DNA of 64,000 nt from Octopus vulgaris (GCA_951406725.2 OX597814.1:157418001-157482000), one strand, 5' to 3'; counted from the first letter of the stretch, positions 23,821 through 38,938 are shown. The notes: a model not told the origin generated them from the letters alone. Numbers and translations are program-made.

Positions 23821-23904
<84 letters not shown>

Positions 23905-23905
<1 letters not shown>

Positions 23906-25720
23906 TAAAGGAAAATAAGACAACGTAAAAATACTAAAATAATTTCGTCATGAAGAAATTTAGTACCAGCTTCAGTCTTTGCGACTTTTTCAACTGAGAG
24001 TAAAGCATGAAAATCATTTAAACTGTGAAAGAATTAAATGAAATATTTCTAAAAAAATATTTCCATAGTTTTCAAATGGAAGTAGGGTACTAGAAAAATA
24101 CGGCAAACTATTCTCCCTCTACATAGAAAATAACTGGAACAGGTATCTGGATGACTGCTTCATTCATTGGCATGAAAGTACAGAGGGACTTAAAGAACTT
24201 CAAACACTTATATATGGACCTGACATAAACATGTAATTAAAGGTGGAATATAGCCATCAACAATTTCCATTCCTCGGCATCCTCATTAAGAAATCCAACA
24301 ACAAAATAGAAACAGGTATATATTATATGCCCACGGAATCCAAGCAATATCTACCGTTCAACTTATGCCACCCCAGACACACTAGAATGAATATCCCCTT
24401 CAAGCTAGCGAAAAAGGATCCGTACTATAGTTTCTAATACAAACACCAGCGACACACGACTACATAAACTAAAGGATACACTCATTACCAGCAACTACCC
24501 ACCATCACTAATTGATATACGCTTTCAACGTGACCTACAACTCAACATTCACGAACTCAGACATCCGAAACTAAAGAAGGATTTACAACCAAAGGTCCTA
24601 CCATACATCACCACACTCAACCCCCTTAACAATGAAGCTTTCGACACCATCCTCCAGTATATTCTCCTACTAAAAAGGGAACACAATGAATTTATTCCTC
24701 CAAACGCACACCATCATAAAGAGCAAAAGACAACCTAATCAATAAAAAGTCTCCTAAAACAAACCCAAGTACACTCGACAACAGCACTGAAGCCAAGTGT
24801 AAATAAAATGCGAGTGACATAACTGTGGTATGTGCGTCAACCTAATTGAGGGATAGACGTTCTCTCTCAAACAGGGTCAACGTTTTACATTGAAAAACAA
24901 CTTCACATGTGCTTCGAAAAACCTAATATAAGTATTAAATTGCTCAGGATGCCTAGAGTAATACATAGGCCAAATCGAAAACAATTTACATCAATGGATG
25001 ACTCTACATAGATCCCAGGTTAAAATTCGGGAATACAGAAAAATTGCATACATCGAAAACATCGACATTAGCGCTACTAGCAAACAACGCAAATTCAGAA
25101 TTTTCCCCCTCTATCAATTCAGGGACGATGCAACCTTTAATCACCGCCGCATTAGCAAAGCCTCATATTTTATAACAAAATATAAACCCCTTTTGAATGC
25201 GTCCACCACAAATGACTACTATAAGGGCCTTAGAATAATACCCACACAAATATTAAATACAATATATTCATGAATTTACCCATGAATTTATTCAGAACAA
25301 TTCCAGTTACTACTTTTATAACCACAATAGGTCACTTTTAGGTCACTAAGAGAATTCCACCAGCACCCTACTACTGTCATACTTTCGTATTTTTCTTATT
25401 CTTTCTCTTCTTTTCCTACACCTTTTCTTCTTTTTCTTATTTCTTCTTCTTATTCGCCTTCTTCTTTTTCTTCTTCTGCTTCTCCTCCGCCTCCGCCTCC
25501 TTCCTCGGCTATTGCTGCTTAAACAATCAAACCCAAGAACTCACATCCCTCATATAAAATATTCCTTTAGGACTGCTACTACCTACTACCCACTACCTAC
25601 TACCAAGCCTTCACAAGATTACTAAAATGTACAAAAATTTCCTTCATCAAAAAATTATTTTAGCATTTTCTACCTTGATTTATTTTCTTTATAAATACCG
25701 ACTAGTGTTCCTTTTCAACC
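23905..25720 (+). mobile_element. Degenerate copy of the same Penelope family as 9701-11900, with an inverted pLTR at its 5' end
   Basis: Fragments WNRYLDDCF, FPFLGILIKK, CHPRHTRMNIPF and FRIFPLYQFRDD match ORF 10416..11699; a decayed inverted hammerhead lies at 23961-23996. Confidence 0.9.
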
Positions 25721-25724
25721 TTCT

Positions 25725-25778
<54 letters not shown>

Positions 25779-25795
25779 GCGCACACACACACGCG

Positions 25796-25826
<31 letters not shown>

Positions 25827-25828
25827 AG

Positions 25829-25863
<35 letters not shown>

Positions 25864-25927
25864 ATATATAAAGAACGATGCAACCTATAATCACCGCATT
25901 AGCAAAGCCTCATCTTTTATCACAAAA

Positions 25928-28674
25928 GTCACGAGAATTGGAACATGGAACGTAAGGGAAATGAACATTGGGAAGTTGGACACCATCAAGAAGGAAATGA
26001 ATCGATTAAACATCGCTATCCTAGGAGTCAGCGAAGTTCATTGGACTGGCAATAGTTTCTTCAACTCTGGTGATCATACAATGTACTTTTCGGGCAATAG
26101 CAAGACCAGACAAAATGGAGTGAGATTTGTTCTATACAAGAAAATATCCAAGTGTGTTGAAGGTTACCAGACCATCAGTGATCGAGTGATTACCATTCGC
26201 ATCAAAGTCAAAACCAACAACATCACATTGTACAAATCTACGCACCAACTGCCGACGCCGAAGAAGATGAGATTGAACAATTCTATGCAGAAATTCAGGG
26301 CGCAATCGAGGAAACACCACGAACAGATGTTGTGTATATTCTGGGAGATTTCAATGCCAACAATGGAGAAAAAGCAGAAGCAGACATTGTTGGCAAATTT
26401 GGATTAGGAGAACGGAATGAAGTAGGAGATCGACTGGTCCAATTTTGTCAAGAACAAAACATGCGGCTAACCAATACTTGGTTTCGGCAGCCAAGAAGAC
26501 GGCTTTACACCTGGACGTCGCCAAGTGGACAGTACCGCAATCAAATCGACAACATCCTATGTCAGCAACGGTGGAAGAGTTCAGTCCAAGCTGTGAAGAC
26601 GTACCTTGAGGCAGACTGTTGATCTGACCATGAACATCTGGTTGCCAAGATCAAATTGCGATTCTGCAATGTCAAGTGACCACCCGCTTGCCAGAAATTT
26701 GTTACCATCATATGCCGCTGATATCAGAACCCGCTTCGAACTGCTCGCCATCGAAGAGAATCAAGAAGCAGAAGATATATGGGAGAATGTGAAGGAAATT
26801 GTCGTTGAAACAGCAGAGAAACATGTACTATACAAGAAACCCACACGATCAGCAAAGTGGATTTCGGAGGAGACTTATGCAATAGCAGAAGAAAGAAGGG
26901 GAGCAAAGGTGACCAGAAGCAGGGATTAAGTGCGGCGCCTGAATGCAATGTTTCAACAGGTGGCCAGGAAGGACAAAGAGAAATACTGGAATGAGGAATG
27001 TGCAAGGGAAGTGGAGGCATACAGGAAACGGAACATGAGAGAACTTTACCAACATGTAAAGAAGACCCGTACAGCATTCATGGTCAGACAAGCAATCATC
27101 CGTGGGAGAAATGGTGAAGAACCGCATGGCCTAGAAGGGATTAGAAAAAGATGGAAAGAATACACTGAACAGTTATACGCAGGGAACAACCGTGATGAGC
27201 AGGCAGAAGAGAAGCCACTGGACCTGGAGCCAGACATCCTGGAGGATGAGGTGGTATGGACAATGAAACAGCTGGCCAACCGAAACGCCCCGGGTACTGA
27301 TGGCATACCACTAGAACTACTCAAGCCAATACCAACAAAAACACTAACATCGCTTTGCCAACGAATATGGAGAACATGTAATTGGCCAAGGGAATGGAAG
27401 AGGTCAGTTGTCATCCCAATACCAAAGAAAAGAGACACCAAGGACTGCGCAAACTACCGTACCATCACCCTGATCCCCTATGTAAGCAAAATTCTCCTTA
27501 ATATCATCCAAAAGCGTCTGAACAGAACTATATATAGAGAATTGCTAGAAGTGCCAGCTGGTTTCAGAAAGGGAAGAGACACCCGCGATCACATCGCCAA
27601 CCTACGGTACATTATGGAAAAGGCAAGAATACCAAAAGAAGCTGTACATTTGTTTCATTGTTTACTCCTAAGCCTTTGACAGCATTGATCATGACAAGTT
27701 ATGGAGAAAATGGGAACACCTTCACACCTTGACCAGCTTATTAGATCACTCTATCCAAACCAAGAGGCTACAGTACGGACATTATATGGCGACACTGATT
27801 GGTTTGAGATTGGAAAAGGCACTCGGCAAGGTTGCATCCTGTCACCAGCAGCCTTCAAAATGTACGCTGAAAAGGTCATGAGGAATGCAGACCTGGAGGA
27901 TAGCAGCATTGGAGTGAAGATTGGAAGATTGGAGGAAGAAATAATAATAACTTTCGCTATGCAGATGATACAACGCTGCTGGCAGAAAATAATAAGGATC
28001 TAGAGAATCTTATCCTGCTAGTCAAGAAAGAGAGTGAGAACTTTGGGCTGTACCTCAATGTCAAGAAAACGAAGATCATGTCAACAGCAGCCACAACAAA
28101 CATCAGCATTAAGATCGATAATAAAGAGATCGAAGTGGTTGATGATTTCATCTTCTTTGGCTCCAAAATAAATCGAGATGGTAACTGCACTCCAGAAATA
28201 AGGCGGCGGATAGTACTAGGCAAAGAGGCAATGGTCAGCATGAACAAAGTCTGGAAGAGTAGAGACTTCAGCCTTGCTACCAAATGCAGATTGGTGAATG
28301 CAATTGTCTTCTCAATAGCAACATATGGATGAGAGACCCGGACACTAAAGAAAACTGACCAGAAGAGAATTAATGCATTCGGGCTTTGGTGTTGGAGAAG
28401 ACTTTTACGGATTCCATGGACAGCGAGGCACACCAATGATCAAGCCGAAACTGTCGCTAGCATCACCAAGCAAAGATTGGCATATTTTGGTCATATTATA
28501 CGGAGAAAATCCCTGGAGAAGGACATCATGCTTGGAATGATAAGTGGCAAGAGAGGAAGAGGCCGACTAAGAACCCGATGGCTTGACACCATCAAGAGTG
28601 ACACGGGAATGACCATAGCCAATCTGAAAGAAGCGACTCAGGATAGAACTGGCTGGAGAACACTTCGACTGAGC

Positions 28675-28678
<4 letters not shown>
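25928..28678 (+). mobile_element. RTE-clade LINE (AP endonuclease + RT), near full-length pseudogene
   Basis: Motifs RIGTWNVR, LGVSEVHW, ILGDFNA, YTWTSP..NQID, APGTDG, NYRTITL, GFRKGR, RQGCILSP, (F)RYADD, YFGHIIR, GKRGRGR..RWLD; several frameshifts and stops; ends at (TA)n. Confidence 0.93.
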
Positions 28679-28742
<64 letters not shown>

Positions 28743-28876
28743 TGGAGTCTTAATTGCAGATGGCTCAATTCCATGACAAAAGACTTAAGGTACCACCAAC
28801 CAAACGCACTAACTCCCTTCTTGGCACCAACAGAAAACATTAAAAACAAGCAGAACCGATTTTAATCAGAAATATT

Positions 28877-29265
28877 TGGCTGTGTGGTAAGAAACTCATT
28901 TCCCAACCACAGTTCAATCCCACCACGTGGTACCTTGGTTAAGTGTCGTCTACTATAGGCTCGTGCCGATCAAAACCTTGTGAGTATATTTGGCATTTGG
29001 AAACTGAAAGAAGCCCATCGTTTATATATATATATATATATATATTATATTTATGTGTATGTCTTTGTGTTTGTGTTTGATCCCTTCCCCAACGCTTGAC
29101 AGCCGATATTGGTATGTTTACGTCACCATAACTTAGCGGTTCGACAAAGATACTGACAGAATGAGTACGAGACTTAATAAGTCGATTTCTGCGAGTAAAA
29201 AGTGGTGCTCCAGCATGGCCCCTGTCATATGACTGAAACAAGTTAAAGAATATAAGAATAAAAGA
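28877..29265 (+). mobile_element. tRNA-derived SINE with an internal (TA)n and a LINE-like tail
   Basis: tggctgtgtggtaag...gttcaatccc head; tail ggtgctccagcatggcc...tgactgaaacaag. Related to the minus-strand copy at 33660-34606. Confidence 0.8.
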
Positions 29266-31049
29266 ATACCATACACACTCGCGCGCTCGCAGTCACTCAC
29301 ATGCTCGTACACACATGGACACATACATACACACGTACAGAAGTCAATAATAAATAGGGTTATCTTTGTATTGTGAAACTGTATACTCTTCACGGTAAAA
29401 AGTGGTAGGAAGCAGTCATTATATATAGCCCAGTAGCTGGGCGTCATGAGAGTTTGAGAGTCGACAGTTCTAGTCGGCGTCTTGTGGAGTTAACAGTGAT
29501 AGTAAGTCAGAAGAATTTAGTCTATTACTCTTCCAGTACGAGTAGGTACAACGGTATCTGATGACTAGTAACTATTGTGGTTACTAGCTTAAACAGCAAC
29601 TACAGTACAACGGAAGTCACAAATCACACCAGTGGGAGTAACCCACTTTATAACAGTTACATACAACCTTTTTACAACATGCATAGAATCCACAGAAGAC
29701 ATGTTAAAGAAAGCAAAATTGGATTGCAAACATACTTAGATTATTCCTAAGTATCACGGTTGGCTAACAGGAAAAAACAAGAGCAACGGTGTACAGATCG
29801 TTCATTATATCCATCATGCGTTGTGGCAGTTCCCTCTGAGCTCCAACCTCCCGACAACAACTCACTTAAACATTCCAAGGAGACAGAGCTGTACCTCTGC
29901 ACCATAAACTGCTCTATCCAATCTACATCTAGAGATCCAATCCACATCGAAATGATGAACATGTGAGAGAAATACTTTGTTACCGTTGAAAAGTTCAACT
30001 CCTTCTGATCCTGTTAATACCTCAAAATCAACCATGATGTTCAACTCCACAGTAAACGTAGCGCCATAATGTTTTAAAACACTATCTCTTCAACAGAACC
30101 TAGTCAAACATAGAAACATATACACGACCGCCACTAGAATCTATGTGCTTATAGAAACAGATCGACCAACCGAGACATTGCAATATATCTTGATTGTTAT
30201 ATCGTTAACCATACGCCTCATTACTGCATGTCAGAATGTGCAAGTAGACGGAGACATAGTTTAACTAGAATGACTGGTCTATCAGGCCACGTCGTTCATC
30301 CGAGTATCTTCATACTGTAAGACTACGCGAACAGCGAGACCTGAGACTAGACAATGAAAACAAGTTGCAAACTGAAATTGCTGGATACTGTCTTAATGTT
30401 TACCGACGAGCTTCTGGAATGATGATATTTCCTTAATTAAGCTTTCAAACCGTAACAGCAAACTGAATGCAGAGACCCCAACAGTCTCTCGGCTTTAGAA
30501 TTTTTATATTATTATATTTCCCAGCTTCCAGATCTCTTGTTCGATATTCTGTGTATTGTGATAGTATTTGGTTATTTTAGTGAACGAATGATTTTTTTCT
30601 TACTGAATCATCAAGGAAGTGGAGCATATATCTCTTATCTGAAGCCTCTCCAAGGCATTTCTTGGCATTTATTGTTTGCCCTACAAAAGTTCAGTCGATC
30701 GGACAGTAACTTCAAGCTAACAAGTACACAATTACCACAAAACTGTGTCTCTGGAATATACGGAAGAACATATTCAGTGTAAAGCATTTCTTGTAGTGTG
30801 TGGTGATGTTACCTCATAATCACAGTCCTCAAATCAAAATATCAAATGCAAATGCGTGAATGAGGTTGGAATTGATAATGGTGAAGATCTCTCGCTCGGC
30901 AGTTGGCCTGCAGCACGACATGGTAGGATCGGTTGTCATCTAGTTTCTGCAGTACTAAAGAAACGAGGAAAAATCCACTGAAGCAGGCTTGAATGCCACT
31001 CTGATGGAATGTAACATCCGACATGAACCTACCAGATTTTGCTTTACGG

Positions 31050-31780
31050 ACAGATGGAGAGAGATATGACATGAAAATGAAATGTTTGATATCATCTGAC
31101 AGAAACTAAGTGACCAGGTAAGACATATTAGAAAGAAAGACTGATTAACTTAAGTACAGTTCGAAAAAATCAAACGCAGTGTCTTCCAGACGGAGAACGT
31201 AAGACAATATAAGACAGATAAATGTCAAATACACTCAAAACAAAGACATGGTGTTCAATTACCATGTATCACAAGACCCCTATGTGTACGGGAAACCAGA
31301 GTGTGAATTTTTTGTTGAACAAATTATTGGCCGTAAGCTACATGATATTACCCAATCAGATGAAAGAAAAAGGTTACTCTCAATAAAAAGGCAATGAAGA
31401 ATAAAATAATGAGATATAGATAGTTAATCAAGTCTTGGAGATGATATAAAGTAGTGGTATCACCATGACCAACAAGTTAGCATATATGCTGCAGCCGTGC
31501 TAGTAATGGAAGAACTTAGCGTGAAGGTATCACAACCTCAAAAGAAAGAAAGAGAACCAAAGTGGAAAACACGATTACAGGGACAGGTAGACCAGTTGCA
31601 AAAAGATCTTGCATGGGTAGAGATTCTTAATCATGAGAATACGTATAAGACTGGATTTCAAGAAGCAATCAAAAGAAACTACTGGTTGAAACAAAAATTA
31701 TAGAAGAGCAATAAAGAATTAAAGCAAAAGGATAAAAGTGAAAGCTGCCAAAAGTAAGAGACACGGCAACAGATTTGTTG
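31050..31780 (+). mobile_element. Degenerate N-terminal fragment of an R4/Dong-like ORF
   Basis: EPKWKTRLQGQVDQLQKDL resembles the P.WK.RL...L..DL segment found upstream of R4-type RTs. Confidence 0.45.
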
Positions 31781-31809
31781 GCCTTGATTTTTTTTCCCTG
31801 TAACCGATT

Positions 31810-33600
31810 CAATTTTTTTCTAGAATGGTGCCGACCGTCTCCAGTTCAGAGGCGTCCGACATCATGACATTATGTCGTCCGTGTACGGAGACACTGCCCT
31901 TCCATGTCCCTGTTCGAATGGAATGCCCCTTAACTGTTTCAAATTCCGCAGCCAATACGTACAGAAGAGGCGACAGCTGGTAGCCTGCCAGACCGAGCGT
32001 GCAAACGGTTCCGATAAGTGGCTATTTACTTTGACCACTGAGCAGATGCCGCTCTGCATTGAGGCGATCCAGCTTCTGAAAACGGGCCCGAAACCAACTG
32101 CTTTCAGGACAGCTTCCAAGTAGTGATGGTTGACTCTATCTAATGCTTGATTGATTGATTTAGTTTGATCCAAATTGAGCAGAGCACCCCGGAAGCCAGC
32201 TGTAGTGATATCCCTCTCTATAATGTATCGTGTAAGGTTGAGGTTATCGTGAATAAGACCTGTTCGGGAATGTTCATGTTTGTGTTTCCCGACCAGGCGA
32301 CCAAAAACAAGCGCCAATCCTTTCGCTAACACATTGGCAAAAGTCTTAAATTGTGTGTTTAGCAGAGTTATGGGTCAAAGATTCCTTAGTACGTCATCTC
32401 TGTCGGCGTTCATCATCATCAGTGTAACCACACCCCAGCTAACAACACCTGGAATACTCTCGTTCTGTCGCCAGTTGCGCTGTACATCTGCTAAGAGGTC
32501 AACAAACAAATCTGGTATGAACACATAGAATTCATAAGCTAGACCATCCAAACTGGATGATTTGTGACGTGTGCAATCGTTCATCACCTCCTGAATTTCT
32601 GTGGCTGTTATCGGCTTTTCACATAAACTCATGTCAGCTGGTGAGAGCCGCTGTAGGCCGTGCGATTACTAACTAAAGTTCACTATCGTCTTCGACCCAT
32701 TTTCTCCACAAACATCTGCATAAGGTGCCGCTGGAGAGTTGCACACATCCCCTCTGCGCCCAGTAGCACGCCCCTATCCTAATCAATCAAAGACTTGATC
32801 GCGATTTTGTTTACACGTCGCGTTTCACCTTTCGGGCCCACCGGACAGCTTTAGTTCCTCCTTGTTTGAGCGAACAGGCCTAAGGCCTGACAACGCAATC
32901 TTAGTGTTTCGCTTCGAAGAAATAATCAAGGACCATTGTCACCGCTAATACATCGGTCACAATGCCCTTACTAATCGCCTCTTCTAATTTTCTAACTAGT
33001 GCACCTCGTAATCTCTCCTTTTCTATTACTAACTCTTTGCTAAACGCTATCGATTCTGTTCTAATCACCCTCTTTAGGATCATCCACCACTGGTTGTTGT
33101 CGACTGCCGCTTAACTAGATCACTAATCCGGCCCCTATAGTCTTTGCATGCAGTAAGAACGCATTTAACTTACTGTAACTGGGTCCCTGTCTACGGAACT
33201 TACTTAACACGACTGTGCAGACCACAAACTTGTGATCTGTGTAGCCAACAAATTTAAATTTTGGACAACCTACGCCATCTCTCTCCTCTGATCTAACAAA
33301 TACTGTATCTAGATACGATCTGGACACCTGTAGTAGTTGCTCCACAACCACACCGGCACATCATTGAAAGCTAATCGATATCTGTCAGACAACTGAAAGT
33401 TTCTGAGCAGGTTTTCTAGGCCATAGCACCCACTTCTTCTATATACTAGCCCGACATAGTCAATCTGTGCATCTAAAGAACTATTCCAGTCTCCTAGTAC
33501 TAATAGGTGAGACGTTCTCAGGAAAGTTTCAAGACGCCTGAAGAGATTTGGGTCTCCAGATCTGTCGGGCCTTCCCTACCATTCTCGTCTAGGACCACCA
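31810..33600 (-). mobile_element. Tx1/L1-clade LINE remnant (APE + RT)
   Basis: Minus-strand fragments GDWNS, YLDTVF, YTDHK, SSLDGLAYEFY, LDQ..ALDRVNH.YL and YTDDI. Confidence 0.8.
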
Positions 33601-33611
33601 ACATCGACTTA

Positions 33612-33659
<48 letters not shown>

Positions 33660-33662
<3 letters not shown>

Positions 33663-34606
33663 TCTTTTACATGTTTCAGTCATTTGACAGTGGCCATTCT
33701 GGAGCACCACCTTTAGCCGAGCAAATCGACCTCAGGACTTATTCTTTGGAAGCCTAGTACTTATTCCATCAGTGTCTTTTTGCCGAACCGCTAAGTTATG
33801 GGGACGTAAACACAACGCGATCGGTTGTCAAGCGATGTTGGAGGAACAAACACAGACACGCAAACATATACAAATATATTATATATATACATATATATAC
33901 AACGGGTTTCTTTCAGTTTCCATCTACCAAATCCACTCACAAGGCTTTGATCGGCCCGAGGATACAGTAGAAGACACTTGCCCAAGGTGCCACGCAGTAG
34001 GAATGAACCCGGAACCTTGTGGTTGCTAAGCAAGCTATTGGGTTGTTCGGAAAGTTCGTGCCGATTTATAGTAGCTTATATTTCGACTTATTTTAGAACA
34101 TGGTTGAATCCATAAAATAGGATTTGACTACACCTCCATTTGGAGCATAGCTTAATTTATCTTTTAGTGGAAGAAGGTTTATGTTCCTATAACCTGTGTT
34201 AATATTGTAGCCCTTTAAAATGGAAGATAAGAAAGTTCATTTTCGGCAGTTGATGTTTTGGGAACCAAACAAAAATTGTTCAGCTGGGATGTGTTACCCT
34301 ACCCTCCATATTCACCGGATATTGCTCCTTCGGATTTCCACTTATTCAGGTCTCTGCAGAATAGTCTTAATGGTAAAAATTTCAATTCCTTGGATGACGT
34401 AAAAAGATACATTGACGAATTCTTTGCCTTGAACCTCCCTCAATTCTGGGAATTTTCAAGTTAAAGGAACGATGGAAACGCATTGTGCAACAAAATGGTT
34501 CATATTTGGTTGATTAAAAATGTGATGGCAAGTATTTATTGACTTTTTTCTTTCCTTTAATGAACTTTCCGGACAACTCAATAATTACCACACAGCCACT
34601 CCTGCG
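33660..34606 (-). mobile_element. tRNA-derived SINE whose head is split by a mariner insertion
   Basis: Reverse complement: cgcaggagtggctgtgtggtaa|mariner|tagcttgcttagcaaccacaaggttccgggttc..., ending ggtggtgctccagaatggcc...tgactgaaacatg. Confidence 0.8.
34038..34581 (+). mobile_element. Internally deleted mariner transposon
   Basis: TIRs ttgggttgttcggaaagttc / gaactttccggacaactcaa with TA target duplications; MEDKKVHFR.. is fused to WDVLPYPPYSPDIAPSDFHLF. Confidence 0.92.
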
Positions 34607-34865
34607 ACAGAATGTTTAATGATATATATATATATAATTTAAGTGTGTATAAATAAGTATGATTTTATATGTATTTGTGTTTAAAGAACGAAAGATAATC
34701 CATCTGTTACAACCGCTCTATACTGCAGGTACAAAGTTGTGGGTACGTATACACGCCGACGCATGCATACACACGTATACACTCGTACATACACCACATA
34801 CACATACACAGACACGTACGCACACGCACGGACGCGCGCACATAGTCACAAAATTCTCTTTCACA

Positions 34866-35123
<258 letters not shown>

Positions 35124-35353
35124 CAGAGCGTTCAGAAGTAGTTATTCAGAGTGTCACGCCTGCCTTTCGATTTATTTGTGGAAACATTTTCACTTCAATT
35201 AAAAAAAAAAAACAGAAAGCGAGAATCGAAAACGAGAAGATAATTCAATACGAAATAAAGGAGACAAGAAATCTATTCTGTGCGAGAAGTTATAGTTATT
35301 TCCTTATTCTGAAACTGTCTGAAGTGCTATTCATCACAATATAATAAAGAAAT

Positions 35354-35702
35354 ATGACTTACTTCCCAGTTAGTCACGACATTCGAAGAGGAAATCTTCA
35401 CGTAATTACATTCTCAGTGCTATTAGTATGCGTGGGCAGTAATATAGCTTGCAAGGAATATTATAGAATTCGTGTTCCACCACCTGTAACTGCCATTCCA
35501 GAAGCTGACATGTTGATTAAGATGTCAAACATTCGATCACGAATTGAGTGCTTCTCTCTTTGTATGACATATTCCGAATGTGGTATGATTATTTACAGCG
35601 CTTCCGACAAAGTATGTATCCTGCGTAAAATCAAGCAACTACCTGGTGCTTCATCATTCATCGACATTCCTGCAAACAGTATTTACACCATGCTACAAGC
35701 CC
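35354..35702 (+). CDS. Exon 1 of a secreted PAN/apple-domain C-type lectin-like protein
   Basis: ATG, hydrophobic segment VITFSVLLVCVG, PAN-type cysteine pattern ECFSLC-x5-C...C.L; ends at the donor C|GTGAGT (phase 1). Confidence 0.75.
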
Positions 35703-37850
35703 GTGAGTAGTTTTCTATACTTTGTGTGTGTTATGCATAATATTAATTTTATTTCAACCCACGTAGGAAAGGCGTCTTACATCTGTGCCTTTTTATCTGT
35801 GTCTTATTGAAGATGATATCGGACGACCAAGAGAAATTTAACTGCTACTATTTCTTATCGGTCAAGCAACGACGTAAAGGTTCATTTTTGGATCACATTA
35901 CGCATGTCCTGAAATAATTATTCTTAAAATCATTTAATAGGTAGTCGTGTCATCTTATCTTAAATCTCTGATGTATCTCTGCCTACCTAACATCATCATT
36001 TTTTCCTAAGGCAGCAGGATGTTTGATTGAAAGCGATTTAGTTGTTATTTCTAAGATGTCTACCAGCCACATAGGGGCTACCTTTCGGTCTGTATTGTGC
36101 GAATCACTGGTTTAAATCAATGTCTCTCCCAGTATGGCGATTTGGGAAAATGCTAGGGCTCCCCGAAATAACGTGATTTAAAAAAAAAATTAAATAAAAG
36201 AAGAATAATCTATAGATTGAACGCTATTCATAATTATCCCTAATATCATATTATTACATAATGTTTATATGACCAATTTCTCTCTCTCTGTAAAATAATA
36301 CTTGCTTCTTATTAAAAGCAGTGTGGCAACAAGGTCTGAATATCAAAATTTTTGGAAAAGTCGTTCGAAGGTAACCGCCTTGAAATACCATATTTTCAAT
36401 TTCAATGAGCAAACCTTTATATTTTCTGAGCTTGGCGAATTCTTATTCCGAGATATTATTATCATAGGGAATACTCATGTCGATCAATAAACAGACATCA
36501 TTGTTTTTTGCTTCTATAATATCCGCTTTATTAGGTATGATGGTTCGGTCTGTATATAATGGAAAGTCCCTAAGAATCGTTACATTTTTTTTACCTCAGT
36601 TACAACTTCAGAGTGGTGATTATACCACATGTCAGCAGTTTTGATTTTATTATGCCGACATATCAACCAATGTAGATATCGACTAATTCTGTCATTTCCT
36701 GATTTATACTCTACTGGTGCTGAGACTACATCCAGAGCTTAGGTGGTCAACTGTTTCAATCACATCATTGCAGAATCAGCATTTTGGATCTACTCCATTT
36801 TACATTGCATTGGGTCTGTAGTACCGGGCCAATATGTTTTGATCTTGAGTAGCTGAGAGGAAGCCTTGCTCTCTGCTTTTAGCCCTGAGCTCCGTAGCCA
36901 CTAATGGTTAGCTTCTGGTCAACAGCTCCTTGTTTGCTATGTGTCGCATATTTGTCATGGAGTGGTTTCTGCTCCCATCTATCAGCCTACTGCTCATGCT
37001 TTTTTTTTGGCAACTAATCTCACTTCTTTTGTAACAAGAGTTGCCACACGTCTCCCCAGGTCGTTCAACCTGGGCATCATGTATTAGATCAATAGCAAAT
37101 TCTTGCACAAATTTAGAGGTGAGTGAGTCACCATTGAAAATAACACAGTTGACGTTCATATTAGCCGCAGATAGTACTCCATTAGAGTGATGTAATTAAA
37201 AATTCGTATTCCTCAATGACACATGCTTCAAGAAATTTGAAATTACATGGGTACTTTTTTCCTAATTCTCATCTTTTACTCTTTCGGGACTTTCTCATTT
37301 ATCCTTCCATCACCCTATCGTCTTACAGTATTCTTAGTTATTTATGTCTCTCATTATTCCACAGTGATGTAATGAACTTTTCTGGTAGCAATTAGCACCG
37401 AGCATTTATCTATAGCAAACTGCATTCCATTATATTTACTGTTTGGGTAAAAAAATCCAGGTTTTACTACTTTTCTGTATATAGCTAGAGATCATCCATT
37501 TAAAGTGGTTTATTTTCATCTTAGTTTTCGTAAGCGGGACTGAATTTTCTGAGTATACTTTCAGTGAAATTAACATAATGAGGGAGAGTAAAGAAGAGAA
37601 TGAGTCTTCATGGAAAATGACCCTACGTATTTTCACGTATCTTTGCGATTCATTTGGATATGTCAGTTCTACCTCCCACACTCGCATTGCTTTTTCCAAA
37701 AAGTTGTTTATCCAAGTGACCTCTGACATTCCAAGAGCCAGCTGTGCGGGATAATATTCTAAGCCTACTTGTAATTTATCCATGCAACATCTAAATCCCT
37801 ATTCTCACTCGTATTTTATTATTCTACCAATACTATATATCTATCTATCG

Positions 37851-38159
37851 ATATACATTCACTGCTTTCTTCCAAGGAATCTAGTGCTCTTAGCTTAGTT
37901 TTTCCTTGGGGCTGGATAGATTGGAGTAATCTCGAGTTTAACCAGCCGAAATTGCAAAGATAATTTGGAACTCGACTGAGGAACGAAAACTCATTTTTTT
38001 ATCATCTGCCGGGATGTTTTGCGTTCCTGCTCCATTTTTTGTATTCCTTTTTATGGTGGTGTACGTACACTTTGTTGTCTTATATGTAAGTACACACACA
38101 AACACACAAACATAACACACACACACATACATACATACATACATACATACATACATACA

Positions 38160-38242
<83 letters not shown>

Positions 38243-38880
38243 ATATATAAATTTTGTACGACTCTCTTATTCTTTCATTCTTTCCTTTTTTATCGGCACC
38301 TTCACAATTACTTAGTTCTTTACACATCTTTCTTTCGTTCCCCCTCTCTCACATTTCCTGACTTTCTCTTCATTCTCACATTCCTTCCTCTTTCAATTCA
38401 CTGTGTCCCTTTCCGTTTTTTTCTCGTCCCTCCCTAATTCTTCTCTCCCTCTACCTCTACCTCTCTCTCCACGTGACCGGTGTTTGGCCAAGCCTGACCT
38501 TTCTTTCTTGGTTCGACTACCATCCGTGCAACATCTATATTACTCCCCATGCCTGTCGTCTCTTATGTTTCTGCTTTACTTCCACACAATCCATCTTAAT
38601 TTAATTCGTCCTTAGTCGAAAAACACCTGTTCTGTAATTTTCATATGTATTTGTGTACAAATTCTCCGTTTTTTTCCGTCCTTGTTTTCGTATACGTTCG
38701 CTACTTTCTTCCAAGGAATCTAGTGCTCTTAGCTTAGTTTTTCCTTGGAGCTGGCGAGATTGGGGCAATCTCGAGTATATCCAGCCGAAATTGCAAAGAT
38801 AATCTGGAACTCGACTGAGGAAAGAAAATTCCGAAACACCCGTTTTTTCTTGTCCGTTTTTTGTATTCTTTATCTATTCA
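37851..38880 (+). mobile_element. Non-coding pLTR-like element with direct repeats about 840 bp apart
   Basis: ctttcttccaaggaatctagtgctcttagc...gaactcgactgagga occurs at about 37865 and 38705; a decayed CUGAGGA...GAAA motif lies at about 38814-38836. Confidence 0.55.
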
Positions 38881-38938
38881 TATATATATATGTGTGTGTG
38901 TGTGTGGTGTAGTGTATGTGTGTACATATATGTAAAGA

